The notes beneath the pieces are model-generated. The model saw only the letters and a program-made list of their open reading frames with translations. It was not told the origin of the DNA and did not search any database. Positions 51,709 through 64,000 of a DNA stretch of 64,000 nucleotides are shown here, one piece after another. A program made the translations under genes and the position numbers. Source of the DNA: Lingula anatina (taxonomy: Eukaryota; Animalia; Brachiopoda); the NCBI GenBank assembly GCA_051362555.1, contig CM120643.1, forward strand, positions 17,240,848 to 17,304,847, in the 5' to 3' direction. Position 1 is the first letter of the stretch, and every line of letters starts with the position of its first letter.

Positions 51709-52875
51709 TCAGCCAAGAACAATATGTTCAGGTACACGTGTATCTCTGCTACCAGTCGTTGCAATTCCGAAGTTGTCGTTTTTAACGTCGTGACATACGT
51801 GTGGGGTTGACACAGAGGTGTTCGTCCTTGTTGATTCACGTGAGGAGAATCTCCGCATGAAACGAAGCGCTGCCCAACGAGCGCTGTCACTTACTTGGCG
51901 GAATCCTTGACGGAATTCTTTAGAAACGAAGTTGTAGACTATAGGATTTATGCAAGAGTTTGAAAAAGCTAATAACTGAGCCGTGCTTGAGATAATGATG
52001 TACGTGATGCCCTTTGGCCCGACGCCAAGAGCGCAAACAATTGTAATCATGGTGAAAGGAACCCAACATACGCAAAATACCAGGGCAACAGACACCACTA
52101 GAATCATCTGTTTCATAGTGTGTTTCTTGGATTGTTCTGCTAACTCCTCTTCAGAAAAACTTTCTATTGAAATGTCTCGTTTTCGCAAAGCTATAACAAT
52201 GCACATCGACGCTATAAAGAGAATCAGAAGAGGCACTAACACGTCTGCAGCTGTTGTGATGACCACGAATACCGTCGTTTGGTATTGGAACTCAAATACA
52301 GGGGAGCATGCAACACCCTGATACTCCATGTAGTATATCGCAATCGGTGTGTTAACAAGAAGCAAAGCAATCCATATTGAAATGATGACCATTTTTACTC
52401 GCCGTTTGGTCAGAACCATCCCGCATCGCATTGGCCTGGCAATGGCAAAGCATCGAAATGCACAAATTGCGGCCAGCGAGTACCCACCCACTCCTGTGGT
52501 TACGAATATGGTGTATTTGAAAAATTTACAGAATCCATTCCCGAGTATTAATTTATACTCGGTGCCATAGTAGGCCGCCTGGAGAGGTATACATACTGCT
52601 AGAAAAATGAGATCGGACAGTGCTAGGTTGAGAAACAGAATGTTCGGACTGGTGCTAAGACATTTACTCTTAGCTATAGTATAGATGGTTAAAGTGTTTC
52701 CGATGATACCAATGATGAGAAATAAAACAAAAACCATTGGGAAAACCACAGAACTTATTTTCAGAAACCTCATCAAGTTTTCGTAGTCTTCCGAGTATGT
52801 CCCGTTCCCGCCCAGTTGCCGACTGGGTTCATATCGCAAGAGGCTCAAATTTGTAGCACTAAGTGCTGTGTCCAT
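51709..52875 (-). CDS. Rhodopsin-class (class A) GPCR, galanin/allatostatin-A receptor-like, uninterrupted CDS, 388 aa
   Basis: Seven hydrophobic segments. Motifs GN (TM1), NLALSD (TM2), C at the top of TM3, CWVP (TM6), SNSCINPIVY (TM7), VSKEFR helix 8. N-terminal N-glycosylation sequons NLS and NGT. IPLQAAYY resembles the galanin/AstA receptor TM2 end. Confidence 0.93.
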   Translation of the reverse strand: MDTALSATNLSLLRYEPSRQLGGNGTYSEDYENLMRFLKISSVVFPMVFVLFLIIGIIGNTLTIYTIAKSKCLSTSPNILFLNLALSDLIFLAVCIPLQAAYYGTEYKLILGNGFCKFFKYTIFVTTGVGGYSLAAICAFRCFAIARPMRCGMVLTKRRVKMVIISIWIALLLVNTPIAIYYMEYQGVACSPVFEFQYQTTVFVVITTAADVLVPLLILFIASMCIVIALRKRDISIESFSEEELAEQSKKHTMKQMILVVSVALVFCVCWVPFTMITIVCALGVGPKGITYIIISSTAQLLAFSNSCINPIVYNFVSKEFRQGFRQVSDSARWAALRFMRRFSSRESTRTNTSVSTPHVCHDVKNDNFGIATTGSRDTRVPEHIVLG

Positions 52876-55800
52876 TGTACACTCTCTAGCTACATGTTAT
52901 ATCTGATATGCACTCCCTCGTAATCAATCCCCGTGTGCTTGCCTGCTTAACTGGACACCATAAAAAGCAATGTCCTTATTTTTTAAGACTGAATTACTGT
53001 TGACTGTCGTGCCTTCTTCCACACAAGTCAGTTCATACCAGTTGTTTTTACGTGGTTTCCCCCTCTAATGAATGTGTACATTACGTACTCCCACGGCTTT
53101 CTTGTGTGTCTTCAAGAACCACAGGTTTAAGTTCCAACGTCCAATATCCTGTGATCGCAGAATCAACGAGAAAGAAGTCTGTGCCAAAGGCAGCTGAAGG
53201 TAAACATATACATGTACGTATACAAGACTGCCTTACTTGCATGCCACCTTTGCGAACCATTAGTGCACTTAAAACATTTCTTTGTCCCGGTGTTATTCTT
53301 TGGTGTTCCACTAAGAAACTGCCAACCTATGCCCATCCTCAGTATTGCCGTTTAAACTAATTGATAGAAACCTCTTACATCCCCAGTCTTGCTTTAAAGT
53401 GTATACGATGCTTCTTACATTTGCATGTCTAGACGTAATACCTCATTAAAACAAGTGCCTCCTGTTCTAAGTCATTCTAGGAATCCGATACCAAGGGCAA
53501 ATTTTCAAACATTTTCCAATATTTTGAGATATTGGCGTCATAGCCATCAGTGCGCAGAGCTTGAAATGTAGAGCTGCAAATTCATCAACTGATTGGCCAT
53601 GAGTGATTTAAGCTTCGCTTCTTCGTATTTGCCGGATAAAAGTATTGAGAAAGATTAGTTTGTTATTTGCAATTGGTTAAGTAGGCCTACAAAATTGCAA
53701 CCTTATTGGATAGACTGGAACCGACGCGACAGTTCTCAGAAGGTTGTCCCTTCGGAGAAAACTAAACAATCAAACATGCTATATGGTACTCCGCAGTCAA
53801 ATGGCAAGACAGAGAATAAGAACTATACTAAATATCAACAAGCATTTCTGTCGTATTTAACGAAGAACTTCATTTCTTACGTGCATCAATGAAAGACAAC
53901 GAAATTTAATAAACAAAGCCCGTGTGAAATGATGAGATGGCCCCTAAGTAATAAATGTAAAGTTCTCTTATTGAATTGGAACTTGACTCTCCAGTTGTGT
54001 GGTCATGATCTACTCAGTCAATACCGATAGCATGACCTTAAGCTCAAACTTTCTTACGGTAAAATGTTAAATACATACGCGAAAGTTAAGATGGACCTTT
54101 TTAAAATCAACGTTTACTGTACCATCCCAAAACAAATGTGCTTTAAAATTTTAATGTTAAAATAAATTACTTTTATAGACCATCATATAAGATTTTCTCA
54201 GAGTTAAACTGTTAACATCATTCTAATGTGAAAATTGGACAACGAAGTGAAGCCAGGGACGTACGAAAGTCAAGTGTTCGAATATAAGCTGGAGTAATAA
54301 ATTGGATAGCGGTCAATGCAGAATTAGTCGACTGCACCGAAGAAAAACAAGGTAAACGGTCTTTTAGATTCTTTCTGAAAACGATACTTAGCCGGCTATA
54401 TGTTAAAGCAGGTAATAATTAACCTTTGACATTTTTGTGAAATAGGCACCAGGACTGAATTGAATGCATTGATGAAATATTAGGATAAGCGATCTTAATT
54501 TTTACTAGTGTATTGTGACGCTGTCGACTGCGTTACAAAGAGTAACTTTCTGTCCGTAACAACAATTAAACTGTGCCTTGCAGTAGAAAAAGCCATAAGG
54601 TCGGAGTGGCATACAGAGAAGCAATTTATTTCATTGAAACCCCTTATACATGTATACCAGTTCATCTCAACTTAACATTCACCAATCAGGGCAAGTTACA
54701 CAATGCACGGCGCCACTAAGAAGTCACCGATCAGAATACATTAAGCCCTTACAACGGCCCGGTTTGAGAGTAAAAAAATACTTTACGTGCCGACAACTGA
54801 TCGATCTTTGAGCAAAGCAATGCTTGTGGCTTCTATCTGCGACAACACTGACGCCAGTTTCATGGTCGTACAAAGGACGCAGCAAGGGTGCCGTCCAGTG
54901 TAAAGCGGGCTTTACTGAACAGACACCAACTTACGCATAGTACTGGGCTAATGTTGTAACAAATCTCAACTAACGCAATGCCACTACGTTACAGTATCTA
55001 GCTAGTTGTTGCTCTAAAATCCATGGTGGAATTATCTTTTGCTTAAACTTGTAATAATAAATAAATAAATAAATAAATAAATTGTTTTTTAATGCCGGTA
55101 TGTGAATCTTTATCTATCAACTGCAATGCTTAAGACAAAGGTACACCCAAGGTCTTTTTGGAATCTTTTTCATATTCCGGATTGGTGGGAGGCGCTTGAA
55201 GAAGCGCAGTGCATGGAGGAGTGCAGGACAGACAAAAGAAGAAAAAAAAGAAGAAAATTGAAAATGAAGAAAACCACAGAAAGGAAGGACAGCAAAACTA
55301 GCCTTCAACTTGCTGTCCAATGTTTTGTTGTGACAATTAAAGACATTCATGCACTGATTGGACTGCTAAGCGATTGAGTTTGGGTATGAACACTGTATAT
55401 TTCCATTAGTACACTACCAACAAAATCAACTTGAGAGATTTTGTCTACGCCAGCATTGCGAATCACCAACGTGAATTATCCAGCAAAGCACTTAATTTGT
55501 CACAACACATAGATTTCATCTTCGGATATTTGAATTTAGACAGAACACTTATATAAGTGATCGATATGATATTAACTTCGAAGCTCTTTAAAGCGAAGTG
55601 CACTCTGCAGGCTATAGGCATCACGGGAGTGTCGACCCTAAATGCATTTTTACTGCAAGGCACATTTTTCAATGTGGCTGAAGTCCACTGTCCATTCCTG
55701 AGCTTAAACGGAAAATTCCATTACTGTTTCACTGTGAAAAACCTAGCGTCCATTCTTCAAACAACTTTCTCAAATGCATAGAAAAGCAAGCCGTGTCATT

Positions 55801-58800
55801 TTTTATTTACTTTTTCAGGGGATTGTTGCGAACATTAACAGAAGGTGAATACGTATTACTGTATATATGTTTTCTCGGTTATGGAGCAATTTTAGAGACG
55901 AGTGAGGCAAATAGCAAAGAGCTTGTTTATCAATATCCCCGCGAGTAATCCATTATGCAAAATAATCACATCTCTCACTGTTCATCTGATTAAATTGATT
56001 TTAAATCGCTTTAGTCTCAGTATATCAAATGTAAAATCTCATGTATTGATCCAAGCCCACTCCCTCTCGCTTAATATCACGTATCCACATTATGGTGACA
56101 TTTTTTAAGCTTCGAGAAGCACATTTAAAATATTTTAAAGGTGGCACAAAAAAAAAAAAATAATAATAATAATAATAAATTAAATAAAATAAATAAGTAA
56201 ATAAAAATAGGACTTCAAAATGACATAAATTAACTAAATTAAAGTCGGTGTCCGAAAGTATATTGTGCATGTGATATACCTGAATAACTATATACATATA
56301 CCTTTAGTGTGCTCCCAATGGTCTCATTATATTACATATATCGGTATGAACGGAAATAAAATAATCTGTAATATTCTAGCACAAGAAATCACACACGCTT
56401 CTCTCTCCCTGCTCCCGTTTTCTATGAAATTGTCCGTAATTTATTACAAGTAATCCGTTTTGTTGACAGTCTTGGGACTCCCCACGACTAAATTCGAATA
56501 TCAACACACAGGCGACGTCACAGCATCAACGGTTTAAGTATCTCTATAACGCTGTCAAATCCCAAAGGAAGAAAGATGTAATTTAGTGTAATTAGATGAG
56601 AAACTCGCCATAACGGTTGCCGCTGAGAGTTAAAATAAGGTTAAAAACGCACCATTATATCAGAGTCATTCCTCATTTTTTTCTCAGTAGCTTCGAAATA
56701 TAAGTGTAAGGTACCCACAAGTCAATAATGCGATGGCTGGAAGTCCATCTTAATCATGGAAAAAAAGCTACTGTGCAGTTATTAAGAACGCGCTATTGGT
56801 CGTCAGTAGCTTCAGTTATCCAAATATGCCTAAAATTTGCTATTCCGGAGTGCTTCTCGCCAATGTCCTCAGCAAAGTGAAAATTTTGCAGCAAATGTTT
56901 AGCTTGCGGCAAGTAGTCCGCAAGAAAAAAATTGTATTGCTGCTAATTAACATCAAATTCGCAAGAACATAAAATTCCTTTTTGCAAATTTGCAGCGAAT
57001 TGCGGGATGAGTTAGCGGCAGTCCTGGTATTCTTCCAAGGGTGATCATTTGGCCATATGTGCATGTATCTTTGAAAAACGTTTCTTTCCACATCGATGAT
57101 GCATCTCACTCGTTCCGTTCCTTGACAAGTCATTGGACTACATGTAGTATCTACAAGTGAACGAATTTCACTTTACCCATCCAAATCCCATATTAATATC
57201 ACTAAGAATAGCGCCTATGACAGATTAAGACGACTTATACAATTCTGAAAGCCCAAAGCTGCTTTACCCATTATTCCAATTTAATTTTGCTTTTATAAGC
57301 CAATCACTAGACGTTTTATCTTGATTAAGTCCGGATAATTTTATGTCATTTTCGCTTTTCACCTTCCCTCTTGCTAACTGCATGGCTTGATCATTATACA
57401 GAGTTTTAAGTACCTACTGGGATTATACTATTAAAGGCCTATTATCTATATTATCTACTTGTATAAACTGGCACGCTTGAATTTTGATTGCTGTAACACC
57501 GCGGTCTCTACCTTCACATAATGTTTGCTTTCTGTTGTCCCATTTTCCCTTATTTTTTGTTTTTGTATTTTTACTTACTTCACTTTTACTTTACGTCACC
57601 TGTACGTTACTATCATTTCCTCTTACGGTTGCCGTGAGGTCAGATGAGCCGCTAAATTATTCGTCATTAGACAAAATTCCACGTTTAAGAATCCAGCTGA
57701 AATTTAGTTTTCATTTCAAACTTAGCAGATATTCCTATATTGATGATGTTTCTGCAGATACATATATCTGAAGGTGGGTAAACTGGTCGTTTCTCTGACT
57801 AACGAAGAATTGAAGTTCCATTGAGTTAATACTGTTAGGCAAGTTTAGTGAAATTTTAGAAGAAATGAAGAAGTACTTTGATTGTCAGGCCCATATACTT
57901 TTTCCCGGAATTTATGGAAAAAATATTCTGGATCATTGTACTAAGTCGATTGGACGTGGGAGGAATTACTGTGGAAACCGTTTCACTTTGACATCTTTTG
58001 AAGCACACTGAGTTCGTATAGCGATAACTTTATTTCATAAAAAAATATCACGCCGATTCTGTAACTGTTTTTACAGCACAAGTCTGGAAAACTATGCCAG
58101 TATCAGTTTACAAACAACAATGTAATAAAATTAAAACACGTGATGTGCAGTATCATACTTACACAAGTATGTTAAGATGTTAAAATGCTCCATCCATATG
58201 CCAGTTACCTATAGTAACCTTTAAAACATAAGGGGAAATAATATATGCTTTACAGAGTCTATAGGCGCCTGTCTCACAAATATTGAACAAAGTCGAATCG
58301 GTCAAAGCAAAGGGTTTTTAGACTTTTAGTCAATTTAGCTACACATCACAAATGATCTCATAGTCTGCCTTCCCATCTTTTCTATCAGTCGTTTCACAGC
58401 GCCTCTTTGGTACATGACAATAGTTTTGAGAAGATACCTACTTTTAGTGGTGACAATAGCACATTTAACTAGGCACAGTATACCAATAAGATTTATTACA
58501 CCAAACAAATAAAGAATGGAAACTAGAACTTGGACTGGATACTCGCATGCGATGTAAATGTAGATGATATGCCGTTTCGAGTATATACAATAGTGAAGTC
58601 TAAATCACTTCATCATGAATCTGAACAAACTGACACTGTTGCCATGTGACAATCAACACCGAAGGTGTCCACCAAGAATGTCTTCGAAGAAAGCTCTTCA
58701 TTTTTTAACATCCCTATACCAATAACGCAAAGTCAAAGTCGACGAATGTGTTTCCGCCTCTGCCAGTGTAACGAAACTGAGGGTCCATGTGACAGGAAGT

Positions 58801-58903
58801 CCGCCCTCCATATAGTTATAATGGTTAGGGTTAGTCTGACCTAAGTGGGTCAAAATCTAGGGCGAGGCTCACCTGTACAAATGAATGGACAGCGGACTCT
58901 CTG

Positions 58904-60019
58904 TTATGGGGGACTCTCTGTCACATTACACTTCCGTAAATTAGTTAGCTTTGTTGACGTCCCGTGTGGAAACTGCCTTGCAGGTGTTCCATGTCCCTTC
59001 CGTGCTCCACAAGTCTGTCGGAATCCTATCTGAAACTCCCGCGAAACGAAGTTATAAATGATGGGATTTAGACAAGAATTTGAAAATGCTAGCATCTGGG
59101 CTATGGTTGCTATGACGACGTACGTGATACCCTTTGGAGTTACTCGGAGGTAGCTGCATATCGTTAATATTGTAAATGGCACCCAGCACACGACGAACAG
59201 AACGGTGACGGTACCGAGTAGAACCAATAGTCTCTTTGAGTTCTTCTTCGATTGTTCCATCCCCTGGTTCTCGCCGAGGTCGTTCATAGACATCTGGTGC
59301 TTGCGGAGAGCCTGAACTATACACGTAGAGGCAATGAGGGATACCGTGATAGGTAAAAAGACGTCAATGGCGGTTGTGCTGGCGACAAAATATGCCTCCT
59401 GGTACCGGTGTTCAAACACAGGTTGACAGCTACGGTAGCCATGTTCGGTGTAGTGAAGGGCGACTGGGGCATTGACAACACACATTATGACCCAAATGAT
59501 GCCACATGTCAATGTTACGCGCCATTTGGTCAGGAACCGAGCCGAATGCATTGGCTTCGAAATGGCAATGCAACGAAACACGCCGATTGTAGCCAGAGAG
59601 TATCCTCCAACGCCAGTTGTAACAAATATGGAATATTTAAAGAATTTGCACAGTCCTTCCCCTATGAGTAAGTCGTATTTTTTGCCATAGTAGGCCGCCT
59701 GTAGTGGTATGCAGATTAACAGGAAAAATAAATCAGAGATAGCAAGATTTAGAAACAGAATGTTTGGACGAGTCCGCAAATGTTTGTTGGTGCAGATAAT
59801 TCCAATAACCAGCCCATTGCCAATTAGACCTAGTATAAGAAATACGGACAGAATAATAGGACATACCACGGCGCATGTTGCCAGCATCTGGAGGAAGAAA
59901 ACGTATTCCTCACTTGTCGTTGCGTTTATCTGTCCGTGTTCCAGATAAAAGGAAATATTATAGCTTTCCGCTGTATTTGTGACAGATTCGCCAAACGTGA
60001 AATTCGGTAGGTATTCCAT
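58904..60019 (-). CDS. Rhodopsin-class GPCR, tandem paralog of 51709-52875, 371 aa
   Basis: Same motif set (GN, NLAISD, CWVP, SNSCLNPIIY). Shares long blocks with the neighbour: PNILFLNLA, CIPLQAAYYG, CKFFKY.IFVTTGVGGYSLA, PKGITY. Confidence 0.93.
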   Translation of the reverse strand: MEYLPNFTFGESVTNTAESYNISFYLEHGQINATTSEEYVFFLQMLATCAVVCPIILSVFLILGLIGNGLVIGIICTNKHLRTRPNILFLNLAISDLFFLLICIPLQAAYYGKKYDLLIGEGLCKFFKYSIFVTTGVGGYSLATIGVFRCIAISKPMHSARFLTKWRVTLTCGIIWVIMCVVNAPVALHYTEHGYRSCQPVFEHRYQEAYFVASTTAIDVFLPITVSLIASTCIVQALRKHQMSMNDLGENQGMEQSKKNSKRLLVLLGTVTVLFVVCWVPFTILTICSYLRVTPKGITYVVIATIAQMLAFSNSCLNPIIYNFVSREFQIGFRQTCGARKGHGTPARQFPHGTSTKLTNLRKCNVTESPP

Positions 60020-61485
60020 GTTAATTCCAAGTCCAAAATCTGCAAACGTTCGTCGTTACATGTATTTGATACACCCTGTGATTGTGACAAAAAAAACCTT
60101 TGAGTGAAATGTTCCACAACCGCTTGCCGATTAATTTGGAACAGCTCCCATAAGCTTTTAGTTGCATTTATTTTCTAAAACCAAAAGGACGCCAGCCAAT
60201 GAGCAGTGTTGAAGTGTATCAACATACAATATGTATATGATGTGGTTTTAAGTGTCAAAAGATGGCCGGGAAAACGCCTGCTTCAAGTTACCCTTCAGCA
60301 CGTGTTAATTAACAAATGGAATACAGGTCTCCACATTGACAATACATCTTCGCCGTTTTAAGTGCTGCTGCTATTCTAAGCGAAAGACGTGCATGTACCA
60401 CAAAACTGATATAGGATGTAGTCGGAGATTCTACGGCTCAAATCTCATTGAAGAAATTGTATAAATGCCGTAAAGTGACCAGATATGATCAGATATCTAT
60501 TATCTACCACTCGTATTGTTGATTATTTATTAGAAGATTTAGATATAATCTTGGTATTTGCTGTGCTTGTATCTTTTCCAGAAAAGCGTGTAGTAATACA
60601 CCGTACATGATGGCAATGCCTATATATAAATGTAGAATGACATCCATTAATCAGCAAGTGTAGGCGCAATCAATCGGGTTATATGAAATATAATTTAATA
60701 TTAAGGCTAATGTAAAGACAGTCCATGCTCCATCTTGATTCTCGACCAAACATTGAGAAACATGTACCCCGAATACCAGTTAACACTTATTGAATGAGTA
60801 AATCGAGTGAGCGCACTGAGCAGCATTATATAAAAGACCTATAAGAAATGTCTTCAGCCTTCAAAACAGTAGACATAGGGCCTGATGCATTTTTACTTTC
60901 GAATGTGCTGAGGAGTATTCTTATTCCTTTAAACACAACTAACGAGGCTCCAGAATAGTTAGCATGGAATCAGAGAGCAGGCATTTGTTGGCCTACATTC
61001 TGGCGATTAATGCGGGAGAATTTAATGACTAGGAGATAAATGAACGTAGACTACAAATAGGTATTGCGTGTCTTGTCACTCGTAAAATGCCATTTATTAA
61101 ATGGCAATTTTAAAATCAGACAATAACCAAAGAACAGTTCAACAGATTTATTTTAGGGCAGATGCGACTTTAAGACAACTATCGTAGGGTTATGAACACT
61201 TTTAGGCTTTGCGCAACAAAATCATGTTCCATTTCAGAAAAAGATTTTATGAAAATTAAGTTTAGCACGTGCAAACATTGTAGCCAATTACCGAATACCA
61301 ACATCAAACAAGCATAAAAAAATTAATGGAATATTCAAGCAAATCATACGTCCCATTGTACGTATTAGACTATATGATATGGTTTACAATCTCCTAGCTT
61401 ATCCTTCGGGAGTCCCTTTCCTCGCCTCCCCCCCCACCCCACACACAGAGTAGCCGCAACAGTGCTGCAAACCTACCGCATATAA

Positions 61486-61702
61486 GGCCCCATTCAGAAT
61501 GAGAAAAGCCGAGTGCTAGCTAGGTTACGACCTAAATATTAAAATATGGCGGACCTACATGAAAGAAAGACCGCTCAAGCCTGTAATGGTCTCTCCGCCT
61601 CTCACAGGCTCACCACGCGTCGTCCCTCGACCGGTTGAATTGAGCCGAGATGTAATTACTGTGCCCCTGCACTCATTCTGTCTTCTCATTCTGAATGTTC
61701 TC
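61486..61702. mobile_element. MITE, PIF/Harbinger-like
   Basis: Imperfect TIR GGCCCCATTCAGAATGAGAA / TTCTCATTCTGAATGTTCTC flanked by TAA on both sides (61483-85, 61703-05). Confidence 0.7.
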
Positions 61703-62908
61703 TAAGACCCGCAATCCACGCATTATTTAGGCTCTTAGCATAACGTATAATTGCTTCCGATTGCCTTTAGGTGTTTATTACATCATGCCACTGACTGATC
61801 AACAGGGATGAAAAATAATCAACAGACGTAGACGAGGACAATTTTACTATAACATGTTGGTTACTCGGATGGAAAACTACTTGGTTTTGTCTTGTTTTGC
61901 TCGTTACGGTCTTTCATTTTTTCATTTTGAAGCTAAGGGAGAAACACGTGCTCGCTGTTTAACGATGGACTGACGCGTTTTTAGGTACTTAAAAAAGCAC
62001 TCTTAATATTTAGCCGTTCTGATGCAACCATGTGGATTAAGTACATGTTAGTAATAGTTCATGTAAAACTAAATCTATATCATGTCTCCAGCAGACGTCC
62101 TGCTGTCTTTCTCTCTGATGGAAAATGAACTGCACTTGAAAACAAATGTGTTGTCGAAAATGGAGATCTAAAAAAGGGAACTGTTAATTTTACAATCTTG
62201 TAGTCACGCCATGTTGCGGCTGGCTGTACCATGTACGTAAAAAACTCACTTAACAAGACACTCACGGTAGAAATGGGATTGATACATGGTGGCAAATATA
62301 TTACATAAGGTTGGATTGTTTTATCTATTGGCCACATACTCAACGAAAAAAAAACGTGAAAACATTAATTGTTGAATAAAAAACATTTCTATTGCTAATG
62401 TAGTGTTGGCAATACTTTTAATATTGTTCCTTGATATAAAAGAAACTAATGGATGCCCGATTCAGACAGCTGTAGTCTGAAGATTGTTCTGAAATTTTTG
62501 ACTAAATATTCTGCCCTCTTTGATCCAAGATTTAAGGCCCCCATGGGGAGTAGTGATCACAGTTCATGGGGGACAAATTTATCCATTCAAAAATCACAGT
62601 GAATAAATCTTAATTCATATCTCATTGAAAATGCAGGAAATACCAGTCGAAGATCATGAATCACCGCGTATGACCTCATTTCACGAATGATGAAGAACTA
62701 AAAGCCGCATTCACGGGTATAGGGTTATTCACGGATCACACAATATCATACGAACGTTTCAAGCATTTAGGGAAATAAAAAGTGGCCTTTTTAAGTGTAA
62801 CGAAATATTCAATGGGGCCCTCACGATGAACCAGTGGTGGTAGCCCAAGAGAATGAAATATCGCACCTACTGTGCAGCTGCATGTACCTTATGAGGTAAT
62901 TAAAGCAG

Positions 62909-62911
<3 letters not shown>

Positions 62912-62954
<43 letters not shown>
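62912..62954. repeat. (AC)n microsatellite
   Basis: Direct reading. Confidence 0.95.
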
Positions 62955-62956
<2 letters not shown>

Positions 62957-64000
62957 TGCAGCATTTACAACAAACAAGAAGCATGTAAACTTATTTTAAA
63001 ATTTATTTACATAAACCATTGCAATAAATGATTAAAAAATCTCCCTTCTATCACAGTTGAAATCACTTGCAGAAAAAAAATTGGTCAAAAAGTTTCTCAT
63101 TTAAATAACAAAATTTGTTGTGCTTGCACTGAAATCTGAATGATGATTAATCTGCATAGATTGTTTGTAAAAATGATCAAACAACAAGTCAAATAAAAAT
63201 GGATTTATTTGAGCGTATTCTTCTCAATCTTGAAAAACTTCTTCTGTAAAACTTCCGGCAGCCTTTTTGAAGCCTGGCTGTTATAATGGCGAACCCAAGC
63301 ATCAAAGACATCCGGTTTTCCAGCGCTCATCGTCGCCGTGTACGTGGTATGCCTGCAAAAGGTAGTGAACTAGTGTCTTAAACCTCTTTTACACTGGACG
63401 GCGTCCTTTCTTCGTCCATAAAACTGGCATGTCTGTGGTCGTAGAAAGGAGACACAAGCATCGCTTTGGTTGCAGAGGGCTTTAAATGTCCATTTTTTTG
63501 TTTGTCAATGTTACGTTACTATAACATTAAACAAATGTACTATAAGCTTGGTTAACATAATATAAACTGTATAATCTATAAAATTATTGCGATATTCACC
63601 TGTTTACCACAAGAGGTTCCGATAACACTTCAAACAATGTGCCCTTGTTGATGTTTTGTTGGCCAGTGGAATTCAATGCTTTCATAGCCGGGGTTCTGCA
63701 ATATTTAAAACTACAGTTCATTCACTTGAGCATTCATTTCATAATTTTTACTCATTTATCCTGTTATTATGTATTTTTTTTTAATTTAAAAGTATCTGAG
63801 TCCCTAGCAAGTGGAACATGTTTGGGTTCTTAGCAAGCTGAAATATAAAACAACTCACTATGAATATAAGAACAAGTCAGTGCCAATGAAACAATATGTA
63901 CATGTATATGCACTTGCACATCATACATGCACTTGTATGTACATCTACATGTACGCACTGTTATATAAATAAAGCTCTGCTTCCAACGTTCAATGTATGG

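Noticed and set aside
51983-59948. Plus-strand ORFs antisense to the GPCRs (also those antisense to the APCDD1 exon at 8657-9359)
   Set aside because: Expected shadow ORFs opposite real coding sequence.
62532-62822. TTAA-GGCCCCCATGG ... CAATGGGGCC as Kolobok/piggyBac-like ends
   Set aside because: The IR is short and imperfect, and the right-hand TTAA is absent.

Overview
AT-rich, microsatellite-rich eukaryotic DNA, most likely from a marine invertebrate animal (inference from gene content and repeat types; the species cannot be identified). I assembled by eye a complete 4-exon minus-strand APCDD1-family gene (Wnt inhibitor): 37298-37241, 27316-27175, 12552-12000, 9227-8487. All introns are GT-AG with matching phases, giving 1494 nt (497 aa + stop). 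A candidate alternative signal-peptide first exon lies at 41990-41930. Two tandem minus-strand rhodopsin-class GPCR paralogs with uninterrupted CDS (51709-52875, 58904-60019) are galanin/allatostatin-A-receptor-like, and both carry FRC in place of the DRY motif. Introns and intergenic DNA contain many non-autonomous elements: a structurally complete Helentron-associated (HINE/DINE-1-like) element with an internal satellite-like array, several foldback MITEs with TAA, 5-bp or 6-bp target duplications, a ~600-bp tandem duplication, and a strong excess of the octamer TACATGTA. No rRNA, tRNA, CRISPR array or autonomous transposase/RT gene was recognised, and I could not demonstrate a wholly new biological system.
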